From Rhina ancylostomus (lineage: Eukaryota), in contig JARFYF010000063.1 in NCBI GenBank assembly GCA_030265395.1, forward strand, positions 64,105,654 to 64,169,653: a DNA stretch of 64,000 nt, in the 5' to 3' direction. Positions within the stretch are counted from its first letter, which is position 1. Every line of letters starts with the position of its first letter. Under the pieces are notes generated by a model, which had not been told where the DNA came from, did no database searches, and was given only the letters and a program-made list of their open reading frames with translations. Below are positions 1 through 13,700 of the stretch, piece after piece. Position numbers and translations under genes: made by a program.

Positions 1-155
1 GTCTTTGGAATGTGGGAGGAAACCGGAGCACCCAGAGGAAACCCACACAGTCACGGGGAGAATGTACAAACTCCTTAAAGACAGTGGCTGAAATTTAACC
101 CAGGTCATTGACGCTGTAATAGTGTTACACTAACCGCTACACTACCATGCCTGCC
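1..155 (-). mobile_element. tRNA-derived SINE (HE1/V-SINE-like), 5' part
   Basis: Minus strand has an A-box-like TAGTGTAGCGG and a B-box-like GGTTAAATTTC, then the core GGGTTTCCTCTGGGTGCTCCGGTTTCCTCCCACA; repeated elsewhere in the window. Confidence 0.8.
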
Positions 156-1664
156 CTTTTTGGCATTAGAAAAAGCAAAGTATTTCTGATGCTGTAAATC
201 TGAAATTTAAAAAAAAGCATAATATTGGAAACATTCAATTCTGTCAGGATCTGTGGATATGCAGTTAATGTTTTGTTTTAATCTTAATTGTAGCTTGATG
301 TTGTAAATTGTCAAAAATGATAATACGCAGCTTTACATTAACAGTCATGTGAACCTTAATATGTTGAGAATTTATATAGAGCATATTACCAATAGGCCAC
401 ATTCAAAGAATTATTTTGAAGTCCATGTATTGCTATGTAGGTAAAAGTTAAATGATGGGTAGGGAGAGGAATAAAAAAGGCACTGGGGTTACCTCTTAAG
501 CAAAATGAGATGTAGAACGGTGAGTGGGATGGATTGGAAATTACTTGAATGTTGGATTGGTAGCTTTGTAAAAGTATTTTTTTTAGGATTTTTTGTTTTG
601 AAATTGAGAGGAAATTATTTAATCAAGTCTTCTGGAGAGTTGACTGAGCACTGGTTTATGCCTGCATTACTACTTTTGTCCCTGTGATTTCTGTATGGGG
701 GAGAGGGAAATATAATGTAGCCATGCCAATCAAAAAAATGTGAAATGTAATGTATTTTGCCAGTTCTGTCCAGTGGGGTGAAAAATAAACTCACTGGCTT
801 CAACTACCAGGTATTGGTCAATGAGTGGCCACTATTCATGGATATGTACTGAGGATGCATTAATTGCTTATTAACGCCCCTACAATATCTAAGCACTTTG
901 GACATCTTTTGAAATCTGGAGCTACTCAGTGATGCTGATGTCTGGATGCCACTACTGTATTTTAAAAAGCTGGTTAGGTGTATTGCATGAGTTGCAGTTT
1001 TTTTCCATTCTGCTCTAGTGAAGTGCCTGTCATCTCAAACACTCGCATTGCAGAGATTTTAAAATTTGTGATATGATGCCTTGGGATATGTATTTTTGTA
1101 ACTAGGAAAAAAGATATTGTCATCAAATGAATTTGAGCCCAACTTCAAGATTATGGTCTAACTTGCCCTCAGAAACCATGATTCCCTGAGACCTGTCAAT
1201 TTGTCTTCAAAAATCAAACAACACTCTTTGCTCTTGTATTATTTAGTTTCTCCACATAGCATTTCAAGGGTTTGGAGATTTGGAAAGGGCTGGCTTTGGC
1301 ATTATTGCCTTATTGATGGAAAAACCTGAGATTAGCACACCAAAATTTGTTGACACCAGCCACTTGCGATGTTCATAGATTAATGATTGCTGTACATTGC
1401 CACTGCTGTTTCATGATGTACATCAGCTTAGTCACTGCACATATCTAATAATATCTGATTGGAGCGATGTATTACATGAGCATGTTGACCCAGTCCATAC
1501 TTAATAGTCCCCCTCTAGTGGGTTGACCAGATTTCAACTTTCTACACTGTTATTTTGACCAAAACTCATAACAGATGGGTTTTGAAGTTTTGTAGTGCAA
1601 CTGAATCAGAACCTATAAATCAATATCACTAATTCTTTTATCCTTCTGTTTTAGGTAAGCTAAC

Positions 1665-1740
1665 ATGATGTGGGGCAGCAAATCTAGTGAGGCATCTCCA
1701 CTACACCAAGAACAAATGCAGAGCCGGGATACGAGGCGAG
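1665..1740 (+). CDS. CEP350: CEP350 first coding exon (MMWGSKSSEASPLHQEQMQSRDTRR); exon starts 1655
   Basis: Pyrimidine tract + TTAG acceptor ending 1654, ATG ATG at 1665/1668, donor GAG|GTATAG at 1740/1741; phase 1 matches the next exon. Confidence 0.8.
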
Positions 1741-4700
1741 GTATAGTGGTGATTTACAGATGTAATTGGTTGAATGCAGTGCAAAAAGTTCACCTATTTG
1801 GAAGCCAGATCATTAATGCATAATAACGGAATAAAGATCCTGTCAATCATCTTTATTGTTTGTTTATAACAGTGAACTCTCTAATTTCCTTTCAGTCGGC
1901 TTAGTTAAAGGAACCTTGTGATTAAAGGCTGAGAACTTAACAGATAGCAACATGTTCTCTTCAACCCAGTTTCAAGTGGTGCTTCCACTTAATGTATGGT
2001 TTGCTTGGGTGTTGTTTCATCCTGAGGTGATTATCATTCATGTGTGAGCCTATGCAGTGTATGTCAAGAGGCCATTTAATAGTGGTGACCATTGTGGCTG
2101 AGCCTTATTTTAATGGCACATTCATGGAAATATTGAATCAGGTGATAATCATTTCAAAGTTGTTTCAGAAGCATACTAAGTAACAGGTGAAGTTTGTATC
2201 ATGGTGGGGGAAAGCTCAACAGCATTAGTTTAAGAAAAGCTTAGCTTGAATTTCAAAGTCAAGAGAACCATCCAATGGGCCAGGAAGTTGCAGGTTTAGT
2301 GTCTGGTCTGTGCTATTTCATGAGATTTTTTGGTGTGCTTCAATGCTGTCATGGTCATATGCTTGATAGAGTAAATAAAGCAAGGTTCAGAGAGATTCAT
2401 TGCTAACATCTTTTTGAGAAAAGAGGTCTGTTCTTGTTATTGAATGATTGATTTTGGAAATTGACGAAGTATTATCTGAATTTGTGGCTAAGGTTTGGTG
2501 TTGTTGAAGAGGCTTTCCCCATATCTGACCTTGGAATGGTTAATATATTCAAAATAGAAAGCATCCTTTTGCATATTACATCACTCACTTTACTGGACTT
2601 AATATTCATGCAAAAATAATCTAAGCAACCCATTGACTGACTATTAAACAGGTGCCTTGTAAACAGCAATCAATAATCCTTGAAGTGTCACTGACACTTA
2701 GATTGGAAGTAAAAACAAAATGCTGAAAACACTTTGCAGCTTACGCAGCATGTGTGAAAAGAAAAAAAATGATACTTCAGGCTGAAGACCTCTAAACTGG
2801 GGAAGAGAAAAAGATAGTTTTTAATAGTAGGGAAAATGGGGAAAGTATGGATAGGCAAAGGGAAATATATCTGGGGTGAGGCTAGGGTCGCTCTGGGGGC
2901 AAGTTTTTAAAATGTTCCACTTCTGGTGTTGGCATTCCTTTTGTAATATTCAGTTTTTCTCTGTCCATGAGAACTGCCTCCCTGGATTTTCCACGGGTCT
3001 GTGTTTCACAGATTTTCCATGTTTCTTTGACTGCATTCTCTATTTTAACTGCCCTGATTAACTTATCTACCAAATGGCTTATTCAATAGCTTATCACCAT
3101 GGTAACCTTAGCCTTGCCCTATCAACATTATTCCCTTTGTTTTATCCATTCCTTTTCCACCCTCTCTGCAATTTAAAACAACTTTTTTTAATCCTGGATC
3201 TGATGAAGAGATTTTCTTGAAATGTTAAGTCCCTCCCCCGCTCCCCCCCTCACTGCTGTCTAACCTGCCAAGTGTTTTTTTCCCTGTCTGAGTTCTAGCA
3301 TCTACAGATTTTTTTTCCTGATTTTTCTACTTGGGCTTCAACTCTGTATAAAATGCAGTGCTGTCATCTTCATAGCTGTTGGAAAGAGAATTATGTAGAT
3401 ACCCTGGCATGTTACGAAAACACTATCTACTTGAGGCAAATCTGCTATCACTGATTCAGCCTACTCAACAGAATTCTATTAAACTACGATGAATGAAACT
3501 TTAGGTAGAATCCCCTTTAATAATGGTAATTTAACAATTTGTAAATACAGCCCCATTCTCTAAATTAATATGGGTAAGAGTGGGGAAATTTTAATGTGCA
3601 TAATGTTAAACTAAAATTTGGGAAATGTTTTGAAGTAATAAATGTAATTTGTGTTTCAGATGTGGCCTCAGCATGGGATACAGTCAAACAGACTAAAGCT
3701 GCTGTAAGTATCTCAAAAAAATTTTACTTGTAATTAGTGTTCTCGAATAGGGCAGATGTTCTGCAGGGTGGTGGTGGTAGTGGCCAAGGTCAATATAAAT
3801 TTCCTCTTGTTCTGTATTATACTCAAAGATTCCTTTATAAATGCTCTTTATGCAACAATCTTTGTACAGTAAGATTCTGATCTGCTATCTGACTATTCGG
3901 ATATCCCAATGGTTTGGCATTTGACTCAAATGGTATTCACTGTTCTCCTTTCTGGCCTGTTAGGGCCCTGATTCACTGGAAATTTTATTGTAATACTGTG
4001 TGGCATGTTTTATATTGAACAAAAAGTAAATGTGTGTTTGGATGTTAATAGAAATAACATCAAATAATTTGGGAAATCTGCTAGTCTGCATCACCAAAAT
4101 TTGGAGTGTCATGAATTATTGGAATTTTACTGTATCAGAATGTGTTTCTTCACCAAAGTGTTGGCTGTTGAAAGTTTTTTTTGCCTTTGGCAAAAGTTGA
4201 CGAAACACCTTGAAGTGTTTGGCTTGCTGAAACTGTTACAACTGATAGTTAATACTCAGGTATAGCAATTAGGTTTTGAGATGTCACAGTTTTTTTTATT
4301 TTTGTGTGAGTTTAGTGTACCCAGTGACATTGAAAGAAAGTTAGGTTTCACTAATAATGTTTTTGTGGTGCCAGGGATAAAGACATTGTATCATTATCTC
4401 TTGCATTTGTCACTGAGGTTTGCCTCATCTTTTATTCTCAATACATTTCTTTTGTCTCACTTCCACTTGCATTAACAGATTTCAATACCTGTTTTACATA
4501 AGCAATGTTTTTAAATAACCTCAATTAAAACTCTTGCCATTGAAGTTTGTCACTTTTTTTGGAGATTGGAAGCCAGACCTCACATTGGACTGCAACTTCA
4601 AGAATCTGAAGATTTGTCATTGTATATGATATAATTCTTTATTTTTCCCTAATCGCACACTATCATTCAGCAAGTAATTTTTTTTAGTTACCCTGTGCAC

Positions 4701-7700
4701 AGAGATCATGTGTGCTTAATAAAAGAAATGTGCATGTCGATTTTGATTAATATCAGCCATTGTGTCATCCTGGCATGTAAGGGCATTTGACTGTGCCCAA
4801 AATCCACTGCTATTCTGATGTCAATTACGTCTCCCCAGCCCCACAATATCTTCCTTTACCAATTCTTTGTGATGCATCACTTCACCTGTTTTTTTTCATT
4901 GTCTAATTATCTCCTACATTGGCTTCTCCCATGCTTCTGGGTCTAGTGATCCTGGTCTTCCACTTTGAGCTTTTGCCTATTTCCCTTCCTTTGCTCATTA
5001 GCAGCAAAAGAACATTTACTAATGTCTAATGGCAATGCCCAACTTTACCTTTCCAATGGCAGTTCTAAATTTACAACTGAGTCTTCGACATCAAGATCTT
5101 CCTGCACCAAAGTATTGGCAGAAGAAAGGGCATTAAAAATTATCTGAACAATATGGTGGTGAAGGTCAAGACATATAACAACTTCCGCAGGCCATTTTTT
5201 GCACAGCAGATATAACTGATGTTCTGACCTTGCCATCTTGTGTTCCATAGCAGAGCTTCCTATGACAATGTAGAGTCATTCAGCACATATCAAACTCCTA
5301 CATGTCTAACTTAATTCAATCATGAGCTGCAAAACAGGAAGTCTCTTTTAATTACCATGACTCCCAGTTTGCCATAGCATTATGGCCACCTTGCCTTCTC
5401 ACTAATCCTTCTACTAATTACTAGAGGTCTATGGTTTTTGACCTTTCTGTTAAGAAAATGGGACCTTCCTTGATAATCTGCTGGCTACTCATAATTTTAT
5501 ACATTTCATGTAACATTCCCTTTAGCTCCCTTAGTTCTAAGAAAGCAATCCTATTGTATCTGGTCTTTCCTCTTGGTACAAGTTTCCAGCCTTGGCTACG
5601 TATCCACAAATCTCCACTGTATCAACACAAAAAGTGCTGGAGGAGCTCAGTGGGTCAGGCAGTTTAGATGCTGCTTTGCCCACTGAGTTCCTCCTGTACT
5701 TTCTGTGTTGCTCCAGATTCCAGCATCTGCAATCTGTGGTCTCTCCAATCTCCACTGCATCCTTAATGAAAAACATGATGATGCTGGAGAAACTCAGCAG
5801 GCCAGGCAGCATCCATGGAGAAAAGCAGGCGATCAATGTTTCAGGTCAGGACCCTTCTTCAGGACTGAAGATAGGAAAAGGGGAAGCCCAGCAGATAGGA
5901 TGGAAAAACAGAGCAGTGATAGGTGGACAAAGGAGGGGAGACAGGGTGGTGATGTGTAGTTGCAGGTAAGAGATAGTGATAGGCAAGTGCAGGAGAGATG
6001 GGGAGAGCAGATCCACTGGGGGATGGGTGAAAGGTAAGAAGAGAGAAAAAGAAGGCTAGGAAATGGAAGAAGAGAAAAAGCATGGTTTTGTTGGGGGGTG
6101 GTAAGTTTGTGGGAAAGTGGGGTGGGGATTACCTAAAGTGCGGGAATTTAATATTCATGCCGCTAGGCTGCAAGGTTCCAAGATGGAAAATGAGGTGCTG
6201 TTCCTCAAGTTTGAGCTTGGAATTCTCCTGGCAGTGGAGGAGACCGAGGACTATCATATCAGTGATAGTGTTGGGGAGGGGAGAGGATGGTGGTGGGCTG
6301 GAGAGTTGAAGTGACTGGCAGGAAGATGCAGGTCACGGTTTCGGACAGAGTGCAGGTGTTCTGTGAAATGGTCACCTAGACTGCGTTTGGTCTAACCAAT
6401 GTAGTGGAGGCCACACTTGGAGCTCCGAATGCAGTAGATGATATTAAGGGAGGTGCAAGTGAATCTCTGTCTCACCTGAAAGGACTGTTTGTGTCCCTGG
6501 ATAGGNNNNNNNNNNNNNNNNNNNNNNNNNNNNNNNNNNNNNNNNNNNNNNNNNNNNNNNNNNNNNNNNNNNNNNNNNNNNNNNNNNNNNNNNNNNNNNN
6601 NNNNNACCAATGTAGTGGAGGCCACACTTGGAGCTCCGACTGCAGTAGAGGATATTAAGGGAGGTGCAAGTGAATCTCTGTCTCACCTGAAAGGACTGGT
6701 TGTGTCCCTGGATAGGGGTGATGGAGGTGGTGTAGGGGCAGGTGTTGCACCTATGTCAGGGGCAGTGGAAAGTTCCTGGGGTGGGAGTGGGGGGGGGGTG
6801 AGGAGTGAATGAGGGAGTTGTAGAAAGAGCAATTCCTGCAAAAGGCAGAAAGGAGAAGACATGCTTGGTGGTGGGGTCCTGTTGGAGATGACGGAAGTTG
6901 CGGAGAGTGATATGTTGGATACATAGGCTGGTGGGATGAAATGTGAGGATAGTTTCTCCACTGCATCCTTTCTTGCTCAATCACATCTTTCCTGTCCAGA
7001 ACTCTATGGGATCTAACTACAGATGTATGCAGTTCTGGATTAACCTCTTTTCCTGTACTCTATGCCTCAGCTAATAAAGGAATTCCTGTGAGATGTCTTT
7101 TAACCATCTTATTGATATACCTTGCAACCTTGGAGGCTCTATGAACAAACGTTGCCTAAGGTCCATTTATTCCTTCACACCTCTTGGCATATTCCCAGAT
7201 ATTATGTTATTTCTGAATGCTTTCTCATACTTGGTTGAGTTGGATTCCATTTGGCATTTTTTGCTTAACTTGTTGGTTCATTGATATCTTACTGCAATCT
7301 AAAGATTTCCTCCTTGCTATCAACCACAAATTTATCCATCCTTCATTTATATTTAAATCATTAATATGTATAATATGTACCACAAACAGCAAGAGACCTA
7401 CTATTAGGCCTTGTGATATGTTTTCCAGTCACAAATATACCTGTTGAGCATTACTTTGTGTCACTGAGCCAATTTTGGATGCAATTTGTCACTCTCCCTT
7501 CGATCCACAGGCTTCTACTTTCAGACTAGTCAGCTGTGGAGGTCCTTATTAAAAACCTGGCTGAAACCTGCATAGACTAGATTAAATGCATTGCCCACTT
7601 TAACCTTCTGTTCTGCCTCAAAAAAATCAATCAAGTTTGGCGGACGCAACCTTCCCCTAAACCCCTGCTGCATCTCCTTGATTTTATCTCTTCCTTCTAA

Positions 7701-10700
7701 ATGGATTCCGGTTACTTGCTCCACACTAAACTAATTAACCTGTAATAATAATAGCTTGTTGAACTGTAGCTGATCACTAAAAATATAATTGACTGGCTTG
7801 AAGTACATTGAAATAAAAAATAAAAAGAAATCTGCTTAAGTCAGACATTGAACTATGAAGAGTTTGAACAACTATGACACTGTTTAACCATAATTTATTA
7901 TTTTTGACTATTTACTTTTTATCTGAAGTTGCGACACATAGAGAACAGATTGGAAGCTGTTCCAACCAGTACTGCTGTCTTAGACACTGTGATGGACAAC
8001 AAGAAACCCCTGGGCAGTGCTACCAGGAAAGTTAGTAGGAAGGGTAAGTGGAAAGAGAATGCAGAAAAAAAATATTAATGGAACATAGAGCAGTGGTAAC
8101 CTTTTTATCATGTGTAGACAACTATTAATTGATAATTAGTGAAAACAAACACTGGACTTGACCTTGAGGTAAAAGAAGAAGTCTTGTAAATATGTAATCT
8201 TTAACCAGTTATAGTAAAACTCCAATAATTCTCTATCTGACTGTTCAGAAATCCTGATGGTTTGGCATCTGGTTTACCAGATGATGATTCCTACATTCCC
8301 TTCTGATGTCTTTGAGGGCCCCCAGTTCCTGAACACTTGCTTCAAGCTAGGTTCATGGAACATTTATAATACTGTGTAACATCTTCTATTTTCAGTGAAT
8401 TAAATGAATGTTGAGGTATTAATAGGAATATTGTTCTAAAAGTCCAGAAAATCTCCTAGTCTAGCACCAGCAACATGCCAGATTATTGGAGTTTCACTAA
8501 ATTGGTGGAACCGTATGTAATATTTTTGTAATATTGTGGAAGAATTTACAAAATGTATTGAAGCTATCCAAAATCAACTTGTGGATCTCTGCCCTACCCT
8601 GACTCCACTCTCACTACCCCCCCCACCCCCCAAATAATGCTCCCCATGAATTTCAGATCCACCCTGTGCCAATGTTCTTTGCATGGACTGGAGTCAGCCT
8701 TCTAGTCCTTCACCTAAATAACCAATCCGTACCTATGGACACCAAGCAATTAATTTGCATCAGTTGTAATCAGTTTTTAAAAAAAAACATATATGCAAAT
8801 TAAGAAATTAGGGGACTTGGAAAATGTATACTGCATTACTATAATCTGTAGCTCTCATTTGAGTTCCTATGTTTTTTAATGATATATTTCCAAGTGCTTG
8901 CTTTTACAGTGGCTGAGGTAGGCTTGAAAATTGCCTTGAATCCCTGAAACTTTTTTGATAATATTGTTGCTGGTTCTGAGACAGATATGGTGAAATATTG
9001 TTAGTAATTTGTTTTGATTTGGTTTTGTATTTTCTATTCGTGTTTGCCACAGGGAAATTATTTAATACTGCAAGGCTTTGGTAAACGTAATGTAAAAGTA
9101 GCACAAGCCCATTTTTCTAACCAAAGGACATCATCCATGTCTGTTGTAAGAAACCACATGCAGTCATGGGACAATTTGTATAAGGCAAGATACTGACAAA
9201 AATTCAAGCTACAATCCCTGACTGAGCTCTTAGAACTTGAGATTCACTGAATTGCATAGCATATATTGCAGAGTGCATCTCTAAAGCCTCCTCCCATCCA
9301 GCAAACTGAAAATGTATGTGATGTATACAAATCACATTTAAATATTGTTCTATATTTAGTTATTCTAAATGTTTGGTTTGAAATGAAATATTAAAAAAGC
9401 TATTACCTTGACGTGATTACAGTCTGACACTGTGGTTCATGTGGCAGCTGTTTTGATAGAACCTGTTTCTGTCAACAACTTGTGTGAAATATCTGTCAAT
9501 TGGTTTGCTGTTGCTGTTTTGCCATTCATGGCATTGTGACATAAGTTGTGCACATTCATCCTCCAGTACGTCCAGTCCTCCCCTGGATAGCCTCTCATAA
9601 GTAACTTAATTCAAAACACTCTTGCCACTAACTTAAATTGAATTGGGCCCAGCTGAACCTTCACCATAATGCTTAGCAACCTGGGTTGGCTGCAACTCTA
9701 CAATTTTAAAAATCCTTCATGACCTTATCCCCTTTTGTCATCTTAGCCATCTCCAGTGCTTTTCTACAAACTGCCAGATAGGATTTATTGGCTTTGCTTT
9801 AATGTATGAGATTCATGGGAGCAAATAAGGGCCAGCAGCCATAGCTTCCATTTGAATGTAGCAAAATGCCCCAAAACTTGTGATTTATGTATATGTACCT
9901 CTTGCATGTGAAAGAGTCAGTTAAATTAAAAATTCCACTGCTGACTCTCCTGTAATGGCGTGAGAGAGGGAAAATATATATGCTTTGTTTTATCCCTGTC
10001 AGATGGAAGGTACATGGAGGACTCTGTAGGCAGTGCTTCAGCTGGCAAGTCCAACAGTCGCAGCAAATCACGAAAGGACAAAATGTCCCGGAACCCCTTG
10101 AGATCTACTACCCTGGAAAGCAACATTAAGAAGAGCAGTCAAGTAGAATTCAGGGACCCTTTAGCTACATCTAGGTAAGATGAGAGGTATGTACTTGTAG
10201 GTAAGGGAAAGTAACTCTCAATAACAGGAACAGTTTGTGTGATCTTGTCACATGCTAGTTGCACTCTCTGATAGGCAAGGAACTCATTATAGTGTATTCA
10301 TCATCAGTTTTGTCATTACTGGTGATGAATATGCTATGATTTGTTTTCATAAATGTTTTTCATTCTAAGAATGGATGGTAAAATGACTTGAGTATGAAAA
10401 ACAGATCAGTGCACCGCCAGTTATCCTGGGCCATTTAACCTTTCTTCATTTGTATTATATCTGGCCTTGGCTCTCATTCTTTAAGCATTAGGAGATTGAC
10501 TATTGCTTAATATAAATCGGTGATGTTGAATGTATTTGGTGGATCATTGATCAAAATCCTTCAACCTTTTATATATAGGCATTAAGTACATAACTATTAC
10601 AAATCTTTGAATCTGCAGTTCAAATTCCCAAATTTTAGTTTGGGAACCTCTGATTCGCAAGGTGTTTGAGATTGCAGAAAATAATCCTTTAGACAATACC

Positions 10701-13700
10701 AACAAAAGGAGTCTAAAGTTGTGGGAAAGGGCTATAGAAGCTTGGGCCATCTTCATTAGTGCATTGCATGCAAGGGATCTAATAGTTGCTCAAAGCTATA
10801 AGGGGTTTTGATAACATCAGTTGGGGAGAATTATTTTCACTGGTTGACTTGAGCAAATTTAGCTTGAATTAAATGTAATCAGCTACGGAGCAAAGGGTGA
10901 GGAATGAAGAATAGATTTTCTTGTTGCAGATTTCCCTATCTGTAACAATGGCAGAAGCAGTATCTCTAAACACATTTAGAAAAAGAATTGGATAACTATT
11001 TGGAAATAGATATTATTAGATAGTATATGGAGAAGTTGGGGAATGGACTTATGGGAGTTTCCTTCAGAGTTTGAATTGGCATGTTTTCTTTGAAATTCTG
11101 TAGTGCTGTTACCAGAAGTTTCATATTTATGCAAGGTCTGTCTGAACATTGGGACTGAAGTAATACTTTACACAGGCAGATTATTGCTTCTGCAAATTTT
11201 GCTCTTTTCATCAAGTATTTGTTGGATGGAGGAAATGACTTGTTTTGTTACTTTATTTCGGGCTTTTCTGAATATCCCAAAGTGCTTTCCAACAATAAAT
11301 ATAATTAGTGGTCAAATGCTATTGTACTTTCTTGTTAAGGATCATTGGTCCTCAAAAGTGATTTATGTATTTTCTGCACAATGTAAAAAGTATAATGAAA
11401 GATCAATAATGTTAATCTGTTTCATGTTACCAGGGAATTAGATGGCACTGTCCCACCATGTCTGACTGCTGGCCAGCTGGAAGCTCAGCGCCTCCTTTCC
11501 AATTTGACCTCAAATGAAGCCCAAGGGAAGGAGAGTGAAACTCGCCACATGATATACGAGCGAGACAACCAGAGTTACCATGGTTTGGATAATGATAGCA
11601 CACGATCAACTGCAGTGGATGATACTGTGGTGAAATTTCTCAATGACCAATTAGCACTTGATGCCCTGCACAACTCTGCACTTTACAAAACTTTGAGCCG
11701 AGATACACTGGGACAGAAAGGTGATGGCATCAAAGGCTTCCATACTAAGGTAGTGAGCATTGACGTGGATGCAAAGAGTGAACGACCATCTGAGCAGTCT
11801 CAGCTGTCCTCCCCGAGTTCCACATCTGAGTCGGTGATGCAGAAACTAGAGATTATGCGCAGGAAGCAACATGATGATAAACTTGAAAAACTGAAAGAGC
11901 GGATTAGGAAGCAACGGGAACATTCAGAGGAGCCTGTTGAGAGGGACCGGCAGCTAAACTTCCATGAGTTACCTATTGCACTTGGTGTAGGTACTGCAGT
12001 TCCAACCACCAAAGTGAGGAAGGTTGCTGTAGCACCACCTGCTCCATCATATAAAGGTATGACTGACGTTCCTACGCTGTTTTTAAATTCCTTTCAGTTT
12101 CCCTTTCCCTTTTCTGATTCATGGTTGTGGTAGGATACAAGCAAACCTTGTGCATGCAAGTGAAGGAGGCAGCTTTGGCTTCCAGGATCCTGCTGATGTA
12201 TACTTGCTAAGTAATTATTGTTATAATGTGAGAACTGTGACAGACAAATTGTGCACAGTGATTTCTCTCAAACAGCAGTATGATTTTGAATGGGTAACGT
12301 AGAGTTTTTTGAAGGATGAATATTGTCTAGGTTACAAGAGAGGACCCTCCTGCTCTTAGAGTGATGGAATATTTTGCACCACTTGAGTGAGCAGCAGATA
12401 TTCTCTCATTTTAAAAGATGGTGCCTTCATCAAGTTTGCCTTAGTACTTCAGTGGAACATCAGCTGAATAATGGCAGCCCAGTGCAGTATATGTAACACT
12501 CCAGCAACCTATGTTCAGTCTTGACCTGAGTACTGTGTGTACGATGTTTTTTGTGTTCTCCCTGAGACTGAGAGTTTTCCCCTTGGTGCTACAGTTTTCT
12601 CCCACATACCATAGGTGTGTTAGTATGTTAATTGAGCACTGTAACTTGTCCCTAGTGTAGGTGGGTAGCTGAAAAATATGGGTGAATTTTTTTTTAATTA
12701 CTTAGTGTGGTAACAGGCCCTTCCGGCCCAACGAGTCCATGCCACCCATTTTAAACCCCAAATTATCCTACCCGTATGTCTTTGGTATGTGGGAGGAAAC
12801 CGGAGCACCTGGAGGAAACCTACGCAGACACGGGAGAACGCACAAACTCCTTACAGGCAGCAGCAGGAATTGAACCTGGGTCGCTGGTGCTGTAATAGTG
12901 TTCTGCTAACCATTACGCTACCGTGCTGCCCTTAATTGATGAGAGAATAGGTTGCAGAGAGAACTCTGGGTATATTTTGAAAACTAGCATGGACCAGATA
13001 GGCCAAATGGCCGCCACCCATGTCATAAGTAAATATGTGAAATCTCTGGAGTGGGACTGGAACCTGCTCATCACGAACTGAGGTGAGATTGTCAGCCACT
13101 GAGCCACAGCTGTCAGCAGTAAATTGTGTAACAACCTCTCAGTACAATTATAGAGATTAAATCCCTGCCATGCATTGGCAATGATGTGTATCAACTTGCA
13201 TTCTACAATCATAGTGTAATATTTGTCAAATTGGAGTATGAATGTGACTTTATACCTGTACCATTTTCATTTTTTGTGCCATTTAATTTAGGGTGACTGT
13301 AAAAAAAAAAGTAATGAGGCATAGTCACACTGAGCAACAGTAGTTTGAAATCTGATGTTTAAAACTTTAGCTTCAGAAGAACACAGACTTTCAATAAGAA
13401 AAATTGGAAAGGAAAACAAGTGTTCATTGATATGAAAGCAAATTGATGTTTATCCCAGCATCTGAGGGGCCACTTTTTGTAAACCTGACAAATGTGCAAC
13501 TGACTTTCTCTGTGACAGGTTGACTTGCCTGGGCCGTTCCAGTGTATTAGTTCTGGTCTAAATGTGATGTCCATACTTTATTGCCAGCAAAAGGAAAAGA
13601 TCAAAGTATCAAACTTTAAAATCAGTATAATAATGTAATTTTAATACTGGCTGAGTAAACCAGAGCCCTACACTGAACAGCAGATACGAGTTCTGATTCC

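Noticed and set aside
6396-6715. Apparent ~110-bp tandem duplication of the GIY-YIG region on either side of a 100-N gap
   Set aside because: Near-identical sequence directly flanking a placeholder gap is most simply an unmerged contig or haplotype overlap, not a biological repeat.
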